This document shows, in pieces, positions 1 to 6,591 of a stretch of 27,385 bases of DNA. Source of the stretch: a virus. Lineage: Duplodnaviria; Caudoviricetes. The stretch is taken from the IMG/VR virus record IMGVR_UViG_3300021412_000030, positions 1 through 27,385 of that record; one strand, given 5' to 3'. Each line of letters starts with the position of its first letter. Positions within the stretch are counted from its first letter, which is position 1. Under the pieces are notes generated by a model. That model was given only the letters and a program-made list of their open reading frames with translations. It was not told where the DNA came from and made no database searches. A program made the translations under genes and the position numbers.

Positions 1-14
1 TTCACTCCAGTCAT
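1..14 (-). CDS. 5' start of a gene running off the window (partial)
   Basis: ATG at 14-12 preceded by GAGGTGA RBS on the - strand, downstream of the cold-shock gene. Confidence 0.4.
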
Positions 15-18
15 ACTC

Positions 19-39
19 ACCTCTCACTTCGTTCGAGGT
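19..39 (-). repeat. GA/GNA hairpin element copy 1
   Basis: - strand ACCTC GA AC GAA GT GA GAGGT. Confidence 0.75.
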
Positions 40-42
40 TTA

Positions 43-390
43 CTATCCAACTTCAGCAGTCCGAGCTTCAGCGAGGACCTCTACCGCGCGCGGCCCGCGC
101 TCTGCTATCTCCAGTCTGAAAGAGACTCTCTCCTTGATCTCCAACTGCCGGAAGTCTTTGAACTGTTTTGAAACGGAAGTCCAGTGGAAGAAGTAGTCCT
201 TTCCGTCATCTCCCGCTATGAATCCGAATCCCTTCTTGAGATTCCTGATAGCTCCTCTTTTCCAATCTGAGCTACGCTCAGCTTTTTGCTCTAGGTCAGG
301 ATCTTTGGAGGACGAGCGAAGCGAGGCCTTCTGAAGATCGGATAGTGAGTGTAGAGCAGGCGTAATTGAAGATCTGGATAGCCAAGACAT
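43..390 (-). CDS. cold-shock domain protein with N-terminal extension
   Basis: RNP1 KGFGFI and RNP2 YFFH motifs, C-terminal RGPRAVEV; strong AAAGGAGG RBS. Confidence 0.9.
   Translation of the reverse strand: MSWLSRSSITPALHSLSDLQKASLRSSSKDPDLEQKAERSSDWKRGAIRNLKKGFGFIAGDDGKDYFFHWTSVSKQFKDFRQLEIKERVSFRLEIAERGPRAVEVLAEARTAEVG
309..329 (+). repeat. GA/GNA hairpin element copy 2
   Basis: AGGAC GA GC GAA GC GA GGCCT. Confidence 0.65.
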
Positions 391-412
391 AGTTCCTCCT
401 TTGAGATTTTAG

Positions 413-433
413 AAAGTGAACGAAGTGAACTTT
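413..433 (+). repeat. GA/GNA hairpin element copy 3
   Basis: AAAGT GA AC GAA GT GA ACTTT. Confidence 0.75.
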
Positions 434-495
434 GTTTTTGGTGCGGGACGCTTCGCGTCCAGTCTGCTCTATCCTTTGAGATGGGCGTAGCCCAG

Positions 496-1506
496 CTATC
501 GAATGCTATCGGACTCAACACCGGATCCAGTAGACGGAGACACAGGGACGACATCGTAGGTCTTAGCCTCTCTCTGTTCCGGTCGGTATAAGTGCAAATG
601 CAGTCCGCTCTCGGCGGCCTGGTCTTTAGGAGATACCTTGTCGAGGATCACGGCCATGTCCTTCCCGACGCGCGCCAAGTCTGTCGCCTTTGCTATCTTC
701 TTAATTTTCTCTCCATCTAGGATATCTAGAACGTCTCCTAGCCGAGAGGCAGCTTTCAGCGCGAGGTCTTGCTTGATAATCTTCAGAGCCGCATCTAGCT
801 CTTTCTTCGGCTCCTTTTCTACCGGCGTCCTAAGTGAATGCTCATATGCCCACGATTGCGATGGATCGAGATTGAACGCGCGCCCGGCATCAGAACATCC
901 GACCATAAGTGCAGTCTCAGCTATACCGATCTGCGCTTCTAGATTGCCCCTATACTTGAAGTAGTCTGAGGTGCGATTGACGAGGGAGTCTAGCTGAGAG
1001 AGTTTCGATATCGCCTTCGGTGATCTTTTACTGTCTAGCACGGAGTCTATGAGGGAGTCTATTTCTTCTCCTGTTTCACTTGATCCTGCTTCTTTATCTG
1101 ATTCATCTCGAGCGAAGCGAGAGGTAAGATGGTGCCCGTCGCTGACTTGCTTACCGAACCCGTCTTCGTCCCCAGTGCGCTCAAAGACGGCGAAGCCGGC
1201 TTCTTCATCCCCGCTATCGAGGACTTCACTAGCTCCAGCACCTTCCCCACTAGAATCGCTATCCCGACTATGTTTCCGATCTTCCCTATCTTCATTTGAT
1301 TGCTCTTTCTCCCCATCGCGAGGCGATCTCTCTGTCTCTGATTCTCCATCTAATGGCGAGCGCAGCGAGTCATCTGTCTGCTGATTAGCGATCTCTTCAG
1401 AGAGGTCAGAGACTATCTTGTCTAGACTCTGCCTATGGAGATCCTTGAGGCGATTCCTGTCTGAGTTAAGCCGGTCGCGCGCGGATGACGATGACATGAA
1501 TCCCAT
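496..1506 (-). CDS. hypothetical protein; acidic disordered N-half, helical C-half (possibly terminase small subunit-like)
   Basis: 336 aa ORF with AAGGAG RBS and own promoter; the TerS idea rests only on position and general character. Confidence 0.6.
   Translation of the reverse strand: MGFMSSSSARDRLNSDRNRLKDLHRQSLDKIVSDLSEEIANQQTDDSLRSPLDGESETERSPRDGEKEQSNEDREDRKHSRDSDSSGEGAGASEVLDSGDEEAGFAVFERTGDEDGFGKQVSDGHHLTSRFARDESDKEAGSSETGEEIDSLIDSVLDSKRSPKAISKLSQLDSLVNRTSDYFKYRGNLEAQIGIAETALMVGCSDAGRAFNLDPSQSWAYEHSLRTPVEKEPKKELDAALKIIKQDLALKAASRLGDVLDILDGEKIKKIAKATDLARVGKDMAVILDKVSPKDQAAESGLHLHLYRPEQREAKTYDVVPVSPSTGSGVESDSIR
1105..1125 (+). repeat. GA/GNA hairpin element copy 4
   Basis: ATCTC GA GC GAA GC GA GAGGT. 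Confidence 0.7.
1353..1373 (+). repeat. GA/GNA hairpin element copy 5
   Basis: ATGGC GA GC GCA GC GA GTCAT. Confidence 0.7.
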
Positions 1507-1521
1507 TAGATTCTCCTTTAA

Positions 1522-1542
1522 GATCTGAGCGCAGCGAAGATT
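1522..1542 (+). repeat. GA/GNA hairpin element copy 6
   Basis: GATCT GA GC GCA GC GA AGATT. Confidence 0.75.
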
Positions 1543-1593
1543 CGAAGCCGAACTAGATATTGATATGGCTCAGCTACCGCATATCGCGAAGCG

Positions 1594-1622
1594 ATCATAC
1601 CATACTTATAGGCGAAAAGCAA
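1594..1622 (-). promoter_or_regulatory. sigma70-type promoter for 496..1506
   Basis: TTGCTT-17 bp-TATGAT with TG extended -10. Confidence 0.65.
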
Positions 1623-1648
1623 GAATCGGCAAAATCCCTAGTAAATCC

Positions 1649-1665
1649 TCGCCTGGCGAACAATT
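1649..1665. promoter_or_regulatory. palindromic operator-like site TCGCCtGGCGAACAATT
   Basis: inverted 14/16 match to 4391-4406. Confidence 0.5.
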
Positions 1666-2156
1666 TAGCTGAGCTATGGTATTTATCTAAGCATGCTTAT
1701 CTTCTCCGGTCTCTCGTTCTCGTTCTCTACTTACTCTAGCGATGAACCTATCCGGTCCCGGCCGGTCATGGGACCCGTTCGGACGGGGAGCCGGGGGGCC
1801 GATCCGCTGCCGGCCGTTTGCTCTCGGCGCTCGATGCCTGCCTTGCTCTCACCGGCTGATGGTTACTCTTACTCGAGCGCTCGGCCTGGCCGTCGAGGTT
1901 CGAGCGCCTGGACACTATGACCTGGCTGTCGGCATCGAGAGAGAGATAGGGCGAATAAACAGTGATAGGACGGCGAACGAACGTCGAACTAAACAAGGGC
2001 TAAATGTAGGCGAATAGACAGCGAAGACCGCGAGAAAATGAGTTGGGAATACTGAGGTAGCCTAGAGAGAAGTGCGCTCTCCCAGAAGCATCCTAGTGCG
2101 TTTTGGAGCTATAGAAAGGGCTGTTGAAAAGCTGTGGAAAACCCTGTAAGTGAGAC

Positions 2157-2188
2157 AAAAAGAGGGAGCACCTTACGGCGCTCCCTCT
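2157..2188 (-). terminator. intrinsic terminator
   Basis: AGAGGGAGC/GCTCCCTCT stem followed by T-tract on the - strand, just after ORF 2200..2487. Confidence 0.8.
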
Positions 2189-2199
2189 CTCCCGGCGGC

Positions 2200-2487
2200 T
2201 CAGTTCTCGAGGTAGTCAGAACTATCCTGATGGTTTGGTTGAGCAGGCAGGAAGTAAAGTCGCCCATCGAAACGCTCGACGATCTGAGTATTCACCAGCA
2301 CATCGATGGCAAGCTCTACATCTTTACAGGTGAGAAAACTCGGTCGAGTCATCTGCAAGTCATCTACTTGGATGCCGGGCTCAGAGCGAACAATCCGCCC
2401 TACCGTGGAGCAAACCGCGAACGCCGTCGCGAGTCCGCCGAGAGAATCAACAAGGGAAAGGAACGAAGGATTCTGCATTAAGGTCAT
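2200..2487 (-). CDS. hypothetical protein
   Basis: GAAAGGAAG RBS and a downstream terminator. Confidence 0.6.
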   Translation of the reverse strand: MTLMQNPSFLSLVDSLGGLATAFAVCSTVGRIVRSEPGIQVDDLQMTRPSFLTCKDVELAIDVLVNTQIVERFDGRLYFLPAQPNHQDSSDYLEN

Positions 2488-2500
2488 GGCACACTTCCTT

Positions 2501-2572
2501 TCAGCTGAGTTTCATCCTACGGACTACGGTGAGAACCGAGAACACGATTAACACACCCGAGAAAAATTCCAT
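2501..2572 (-). CDS. putative 23 aa hydrophobic peptide
   Basis: MEFFSGVLIVFSVLTVVRRMKLS; stop codon overlaps the RBS of the next gene. Confidence 0.35.
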   Translation of the reverse strand: MEFFSGVLIVFSVLTVVRRMKLS

Positions 2573-2650
2573 CAATCACCGGCCTTTCAGGTTCCGAGTA
2601 ACGAAGCAAACAACCATGCACACACTCTAGCACACCTGTAGAAAAAAACA

Positions 2651-2683
2651 TGTGAAAAATCTGTGTAAAATCTGTGACAATTT
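2651..2683 (+). repeat. three 11-bp tandem repeats, DnaA-box-like
   Basis: TGTGAAAAATC TGTGTAAAATC TGTGACAATTT. Confidence 0.6.
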
Positions 2684-2685
2684 TA

Positions 2686-2694
2686 TGGTATAAT
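2686..2694 (+). promoter_or_regulatory. extended -10 promoter
   Basis: TGGTATAAT. Confidence 0.45.
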
Positions 2695-2774
2695 GCCCTA
2701 ATCGGCGCGCGCCGTTCTGGGTCGCGAGCGGGGTCTCAAGAGATACAGCGGAGGGAACTAGGAGAGAATGCAGG

Positions 2775-2808
2775 AAAAAGAAAGGGCCAGGTTTTCACCC
2801 GGCCCTTT
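2775..2808 (-). terminator. intrinsic terminator (possibly bidirectional)
   Basis: AAAGGGCC/GGCCCTTT stem with TTCTTTTT tract on the - strand, after ORF 2837..3394. Confidence 0.8.
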
Positions 2809-2836
2809 AGACTCTGATGAGCGGCACGAAGCGAAG

Positions 2837-3394
2837 CTAGACCGCGAGTCCCACTTTCATCCGCTGACGCACGACAATCTCCCTCGCCTCTTCTGCCGTG
2901 AATCCGCCGTTAGCGACCAGACCATCGACGGCCTTTTTGATCGCTTTCTCTGGACCTTGCAGGATATTGCTGAGAGCCTGCCTTACTTCCGCTCTCCTAT
3001 TCAAGTCGTAACCGTAGTTGAAATAGTCGCAGGCTCCGTCTGCTTTCTCTACTTCGGTTCGTTCGTCTTCTCCCTCTTCTGGCTTCGGTGTGCTAGGAAC
3101 CATCTTGCCGTTGCACAATGCAAGCTGGCCCTTTGCCGACATCGCGCTGAGACGAACGTATCGCGATACCTCGTCCTTTCCCGTCGGACTCTTATCCTTC
3201 CCGATTTTCACTTCATCGATGCTTGAAGCCACGTCTCCCGCGGCGATTGCAGCTTTCACCATATCGGGAAGTGCCGCCATCAACCGCGTTTCCTGATGTT
3301 CCACCGTCTCTACCTCTGCGACCCCTGTTCCTGAAGTGCCGCCGCCGACTGTCTCTGTTACCTGAAGATTTTCTCCCGCGATACGCTTTGCCAT
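2837..3394 (-). CDS. hypothetical protein in its own transcription unit
   Basis: GAGGT RBS before MAKRIAG at 3394 (ORF track starts at 3430); flanked by promoter and terminator. Confidence 0.75.
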   Translation of the reverse strand: MAKRIAGENLQVTETVGGGTSGTGVAEVETVEHQETRLMAALPDMVKAAIAAGDVASSIDEVKIGKDKSPTGKDEVSRYVRLSAMSAKGQLALCNGKMVPSTPKPEEGEDERTEVEKADGACDYFNYGYDLNRRAEVRQALSNILQGPEKAIKKAVDGLVANGGFTAEEAREIVVRQRMKVGLAV

Positions 3395-3447
3395 TTTATC
3401 TACCTCTTCTAGATTCTGATTAAGCGCCATTGCCTAACCATAGAACA

Positions 3448-3476
3448 AGCTTAGCATGGCTAGAACAGGAAGTCAA
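3448..3476 (-). promoter_or_regulatory. sigma70-type promoter
   Basis: TTGACT-17 bp-TAAGCT with TG extension. Confidence 0.75.
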
Positions 3477-3637
3477 TAGGGCGACGAAGTTTATTTTCGT
3501 CCCCTTTTCCGGACAGCCAACCGCAAGTGAGTGCCTAGATAAATAAAGTGTGGCTTTTTTACCACAGTGCGCGTGCGCGGCCGGCCGCGATCACCAGGGC
3601 AACCCGATCGCCCACGATGCCCCGTAATGAGCGTGCA

Positions 3638-3668
3638 TGGGCGTAGGAACAATGATCACCTACGCCCA
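3638..3668. other. perfect 10-bp stem hairpin
   Basis: TGGGCGTAGG-11 nt-CCTACGCCCA. Confidence 0.55.
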
Positions 3669-4024
3669 GCTATGCTAGTATTCCGGAACCTACGGCCGCA
3701 CTGAACAATTTTAAAACCGCGCGAACAATTATTTCGTCGAAAATCCGAAAATTTCAACGCGCTTCTATCTAGTATCTAAACAGTATCTAGGCAGTATCGG
3801 GCTAGTATCGGAATAGGTGCTAAACCTATGATCGGCCGAAATTGCTAGGAAATAGTGCGAGATCAGCGATCAGAGTAGGTGTCTACTCGTCTTGTGCTTC
3901 CTCTTTGTTGACCACTTTTGAGGTCGGTAAATTTTACACTGTAGATTTTACACGGGTCGGCAAAAATGTTGGCATAGTTTATGGATATTTTTTACTATAT
4001 ATATAGACAATCCACACCTAAACT

Positions 4025-4080
4025 GACCTAAAAAGTGGTCACTTTGTCCCCAAAAGTGGTCATGACCTCAAAAGTGGTCA
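4025..4080 (+). repeat. three 17-bp iteron-like direct repeats
   Basis: GACCTAAAAAGTGGTCA, GTCCCCAAAAGTGGTCA, GACCTCAAAAGTGGTCA; inverted copy at 3909-3925. Confidence 0.8.
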
Positions 4081-4363
4081 CCCAAACCACCGCGCCAGCC
4101 TACCACATACCCCTTGCGTTCCAGGCCGATCTGTGCTAAGCTAAGCAGATCAAAGGTTTAGCAGATCGAACATGCGAAAATACCTATACCGATACTACCT
4201 AGATGCGGCCCCGAGACTGTTTAGATACTGGTTAGATGCGGCTCGAAAGTTTTCAAATTCGCTCAAAATAATTGTTCGCCTGAAACGTTCGTTCATACGT
4301 TCTTACAATTTCGTAATCGCTATGCGATATTCACGCCATTCAAATTCGCTAGATCGCGTAAGA

Positions 4364-4407
4364 ATTACATAGCTAGGTGACGAAAATTATAATGTTCGCC
4401 GGGCGAA
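4364..4407 (+). promoter_or_regulatory. probable promoter for the rightward block with overlapping operator palindrome
   Basis: ATTACA-18 bp-TATAAT (4388-4393) followed by TTCGCCgGGCGAA. Confidence 0.45.
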
Positions 4408-4533
4408 TCTTTAGGTAATAGAGTCCGTTTAGGCATACAGAATGCCGGAAAGTGTAGCAAATTTACCACACTTTTTTAGTCTAGTAGGCTTTATCGTAGT
4501 TGAAAAAGTATCTAAACTGGAAAGGACACGAGA

Positions 4534-5214
4534 ATGAGAAAGAAAGGCCGGGTAATTAGTCAGGAACAGATAGACAGGGCAATCGATGCCTGGATTCAGA
4601 AGGATCCAGACCATGCCAGAACAAGACTGAAGAAATTCGCCGAGTTTTCACTTGGGGTTGGTCTACTAGCCACAACAGACGTTCCTACACTTGATCTAGA
4701 GGAGGTTTCGTCAGATTTATTCGTCGGAGAGCTACCGATAGCTAAGTGGTGGAAAGGATTAACGTCGAAGGATCGAAGATCTATCTCAGTTAGATGGCAC
4801 TCTAGCTCTATTCGAGATTTGAGATCTCGTTACGATGCAGTCCAGGGAGATAAATCAGGTATCGAGGTAACGGAGATCGATCCAAGCGGTAGATCTATGA
4901 AGTTAAAAGGGAAATACACAGGATGGACCAGAGAGAGTAAGAAGGAAGGAAGGAAAATGAGAAGCATAGCCGAGATCGGTGCTCTATGGCCGCTATGTAA
5001 GCAGTGCGGTCATGTAGCACAGTCTCACAACGACTCAGGTGGACCCGATGACGGAGATCCGATGTGTGCTGGATCCTACAAAGAAAACGGATATAGTAGA
5101 TTTACATGTAGCTGCACAGGATACGACGGACCGACCTGGGAAGAGTTTAAGAAGCTGCTGACGCCGGAAGAGCTCGCTTTCTATAATCTTCGCTGCGCTC
5201 AGATTTCTAAGTAG
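4534..5214 (+). CDS. hypothetical protein with C-terminal Cys/His zinc-binding domain
   Basis: CxxCGHxxxxH...C...CxC motif; internal RBS and ATG at 4957. Confidence 0.65.
   Translation: MRKKGRVISQEQIDRAIDAWIQKDPDHARTRLKKFAEFSLGVGLLATTDVPTLDLEEVSSDLFVGELPIAKWWKGLTSKDRRSISVRWHSSSIRDLRSRYDAVQGDKSGIEVTEIDPSGRSMKLKGKYTGWTRESKKEGRKMRSIAEIGALWPLCKQCGHVAQSHNDSGGPDDGDPMCAGSYKENGYSRFTCSCTGYDGPTWEEFKKLLTPEELAFYNLRCAQISK
5185..5205 (-). repeat. GA/GNA hairpin element copy 7
   Basis: - strand AATCT GA GC GCA GC GA AGATT. Confidence 0.75.
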
Positions 5215-5234
5215 GAAAGGACAGGAGACTAAAT

Positions 5235-6152
5235 ATGGAGCACAGATTCGGGAAAGAAAAAAGCCTGTCAAGATTGAAAAGAGAAGATGAGTTAGCGGAC
5301 CACCTTGGGGTCGAGCAGAACGAGCACGACTTCGAGGAGTATCTTAAAAGGAAGGAAAAGGCATGGAATCTCGCTTCGCTCGATTCAGCGGAGAAAATGT
5401 ACTCACAGAGCATCGATCCCAAGAGAGAGAAGAGAGAACCTGCCAGAAATGTGGAGGGAGAATCAGAGAACAGTGGGTCTTCGACAGAGATAGACGGAAC
5501 AAGCCTGCCCATCGAATCCTTATCTGCACTAAGTGTGGGAAACAGTCTCGGACCTGATCAGAAGGGGACTAAACTAGATCTAAGGAATCATGGTGAAGGA
5601 ACGATCTACGCGGGAAAGCACATCACCGAGACGATAGTAGATCTCGAGATCGATCCAGAGTGGAAGGAACTCTTCAAGAAAACCTATAACTCCGCCGTCC
5701 CTAAACTCACACTAGAGCAGGTCATAGAGAAGTTCCACAAGGTAGACAGGGCTATCTATCTCCTCGGGGCTATCCGTAATGCTCTGAAACCTTACGCGAT
5801 GGAGGCTCTGCTTAAGAGTGCATCTGAAGAGGAACGTCAACAAGCTCTGAAGTTAGATGCCGAATTCCGCAAGAGATCTCGTAAGGCTCGATCCGCTCGA
5901 TCTGAAGTCGAGAATCCGGATGGTCCTGGATCTAGCTCTCGACCACGATCCAAGCGCGTGAGTCTATCTGTCAACAAATCTTCACTTCGTTCAGATTCTA
6001 AAGGTAAGACGAAGGCTCAGAAGACGGTCGATACTCTCTATGGTCTACAGATGGATCAGGCTGAGATAGAGTCTAACTGTGCGCGGCAGGGGCTTCTGGA
6101 TGACATGACTCGGAAGTATATCTCGGGCAAGTTCTCGGGAGGTGCTAAGTGA
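5235..6152 (+). CDS. hypothetical protein
   Basis: 305 aa ORF, AGGAG RBS. Confidence 0.75.
   Translation: MEHRFGKEKSLSRLKREDELADHLGVEQNEHDFEEYLKRKEKAWNLASLDSAEKMYSQSIDPKREKREPARNVEGESENSGSSTEIDGTSLPIESLSALSVGNSLGPDQKGTKLDLRNHGEGTIYAGKHITETIVDLEIDPEWKELFKKTYNSAVPKLTLEQVIEKFHKVDRAIYLLGAIRNALKPYAMEALLKSASEEERQQALKLDAEFRKRSRKARSARSEVENPDGPGSSSRPRSKRVSLSVNKSSLRSDSKGKTKAQKTVDTLYGLQMDQAEIESNCARQGLLDDMTRKYISGKFSGGAK
5366..5386 (-). repeat. GA/GNA hairpin element copy 8
   Basis: - strand GAATC GA GC GAA GC GA GATTC. Confidence 0.75.
5977..5997 (-). repeat. GA/GNA hairpin element copy 9
   Basis: - strand AATCT GA AC GAA GT GA AGATT. Confidence 0.75.
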
Positions 6153-6355
6153 TATCTCATGAAACCCACGCTCATGGTCTGACGGTTGGAGAGCTGATGC
6201 AGGTTCTATCCTTACTTGATTCCTCACAGAAGATAGTGTTTAGCGACGTGCAGTTCGGTGACTTCGATGTGCTCGGTCCTGGCATTGTAGGCAGACTGAG
6301 TGAGGACAATTTTCAGCAGGATTTGCGTCCGATTCTTCGACTGAGGAAACGGTAA
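6149..6355 (+). CDS. hypothetical protein
   Basis: GGAGGT RBS, GTGA overlap with the upstream stop; LTVGELMQVL start typical of small phage proteins. Confidence 0.65.
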   Translation: MISHETHAHGLTVGELMQVLSLLDSSQKIVFSDVQFGDFDVLGPGIVGRLSEDNFQQDLRPILRLRKR

Positions 6356-6375
6356 ACTATCAGGGAGGTTACGAA

Positions 6376-6564
6376 GTGATTGAGATATATGGCTCTGACA
6401 AATCCTTAGTAGTCGAGACAGAGAACTTTGTGGTCCATATCAGAGACGAGAAAGGTGAGCTAATCGTCAAGGCTAATCGAAAGATAGACGATACAGAAAG
6501 ATTGCCACTGGCCTACCTTCTCGGTCTCAACTACATGATCTTCAAGGCGAGAGAAAAGAAGTAA
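6376..6564 (+). CDS. hypothetical protein
   Basis: GGGAGGT RBS, GTG start. Confidence 0.65.
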   Translation: MIEIYGSDKSLVVETENFVVHIRDEKGELIVKANRKIDDTERLPLAYLLGLNYMIFKAREKK

Positions 6565-6591
6565 GATAGATAGAAGAGAAAGGATAGACAA

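Larger units (their letters stand above)
3535..4484. repeat. large imperfect inverted repeat centred on CTATATATATAG (3995-4006); candidate replication origin or genome junction
   Basis: mirrored blocks 3721-3734/4266-4279, 3771-3784/4216-4229, 3803-3818/4182-4197, 3818-3833/4148-4163, 3909-3925/4064-4080, 3535-3553/4466-4484. Confidence 0.85.

Noticed and set aside
1693-2017. Three overlapping ORFs in the GC-rich island
   Set aside because: No convincing RBS, low-complexity translations, mutually overlapping
2505-2530. AGTCCGTAGGATGAAAC on the - strand resembling hammerhead stem II
   Set aside because: No upstream CTGANGA core
2810-2852. Hammerhead-like CTGATGA...GAA with GACT/AGTC flanks
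   Set aside because: GAAG instead of GAAA, only a 2-bp stem II, no stem III or UH cleavage site
2768-3226. 152 aa + strand ORF with AGGAG upstream
   Set aside because: Antisense to the better-supported 2837..3394 gene and crosses its terminator; not fully excluded
3995-4006. Protelomerase telRL site as a firm call
   Set aside because: The perfect palindrome is only 12 bp and no protelomerase is visible; kept only as an alternative hypothesis
4025-4080. CRISPR mini-array suggested by the Cas4-like gene
   Set aside because: 17-bp repeats separated by 1-4 nt with no spacers; no cas1/cas2
4172-4372. 66 aa ORF in the right arm of the palindrome
   Set aside because: No RBS; repetitive peptide derives from the phased DNA repeats
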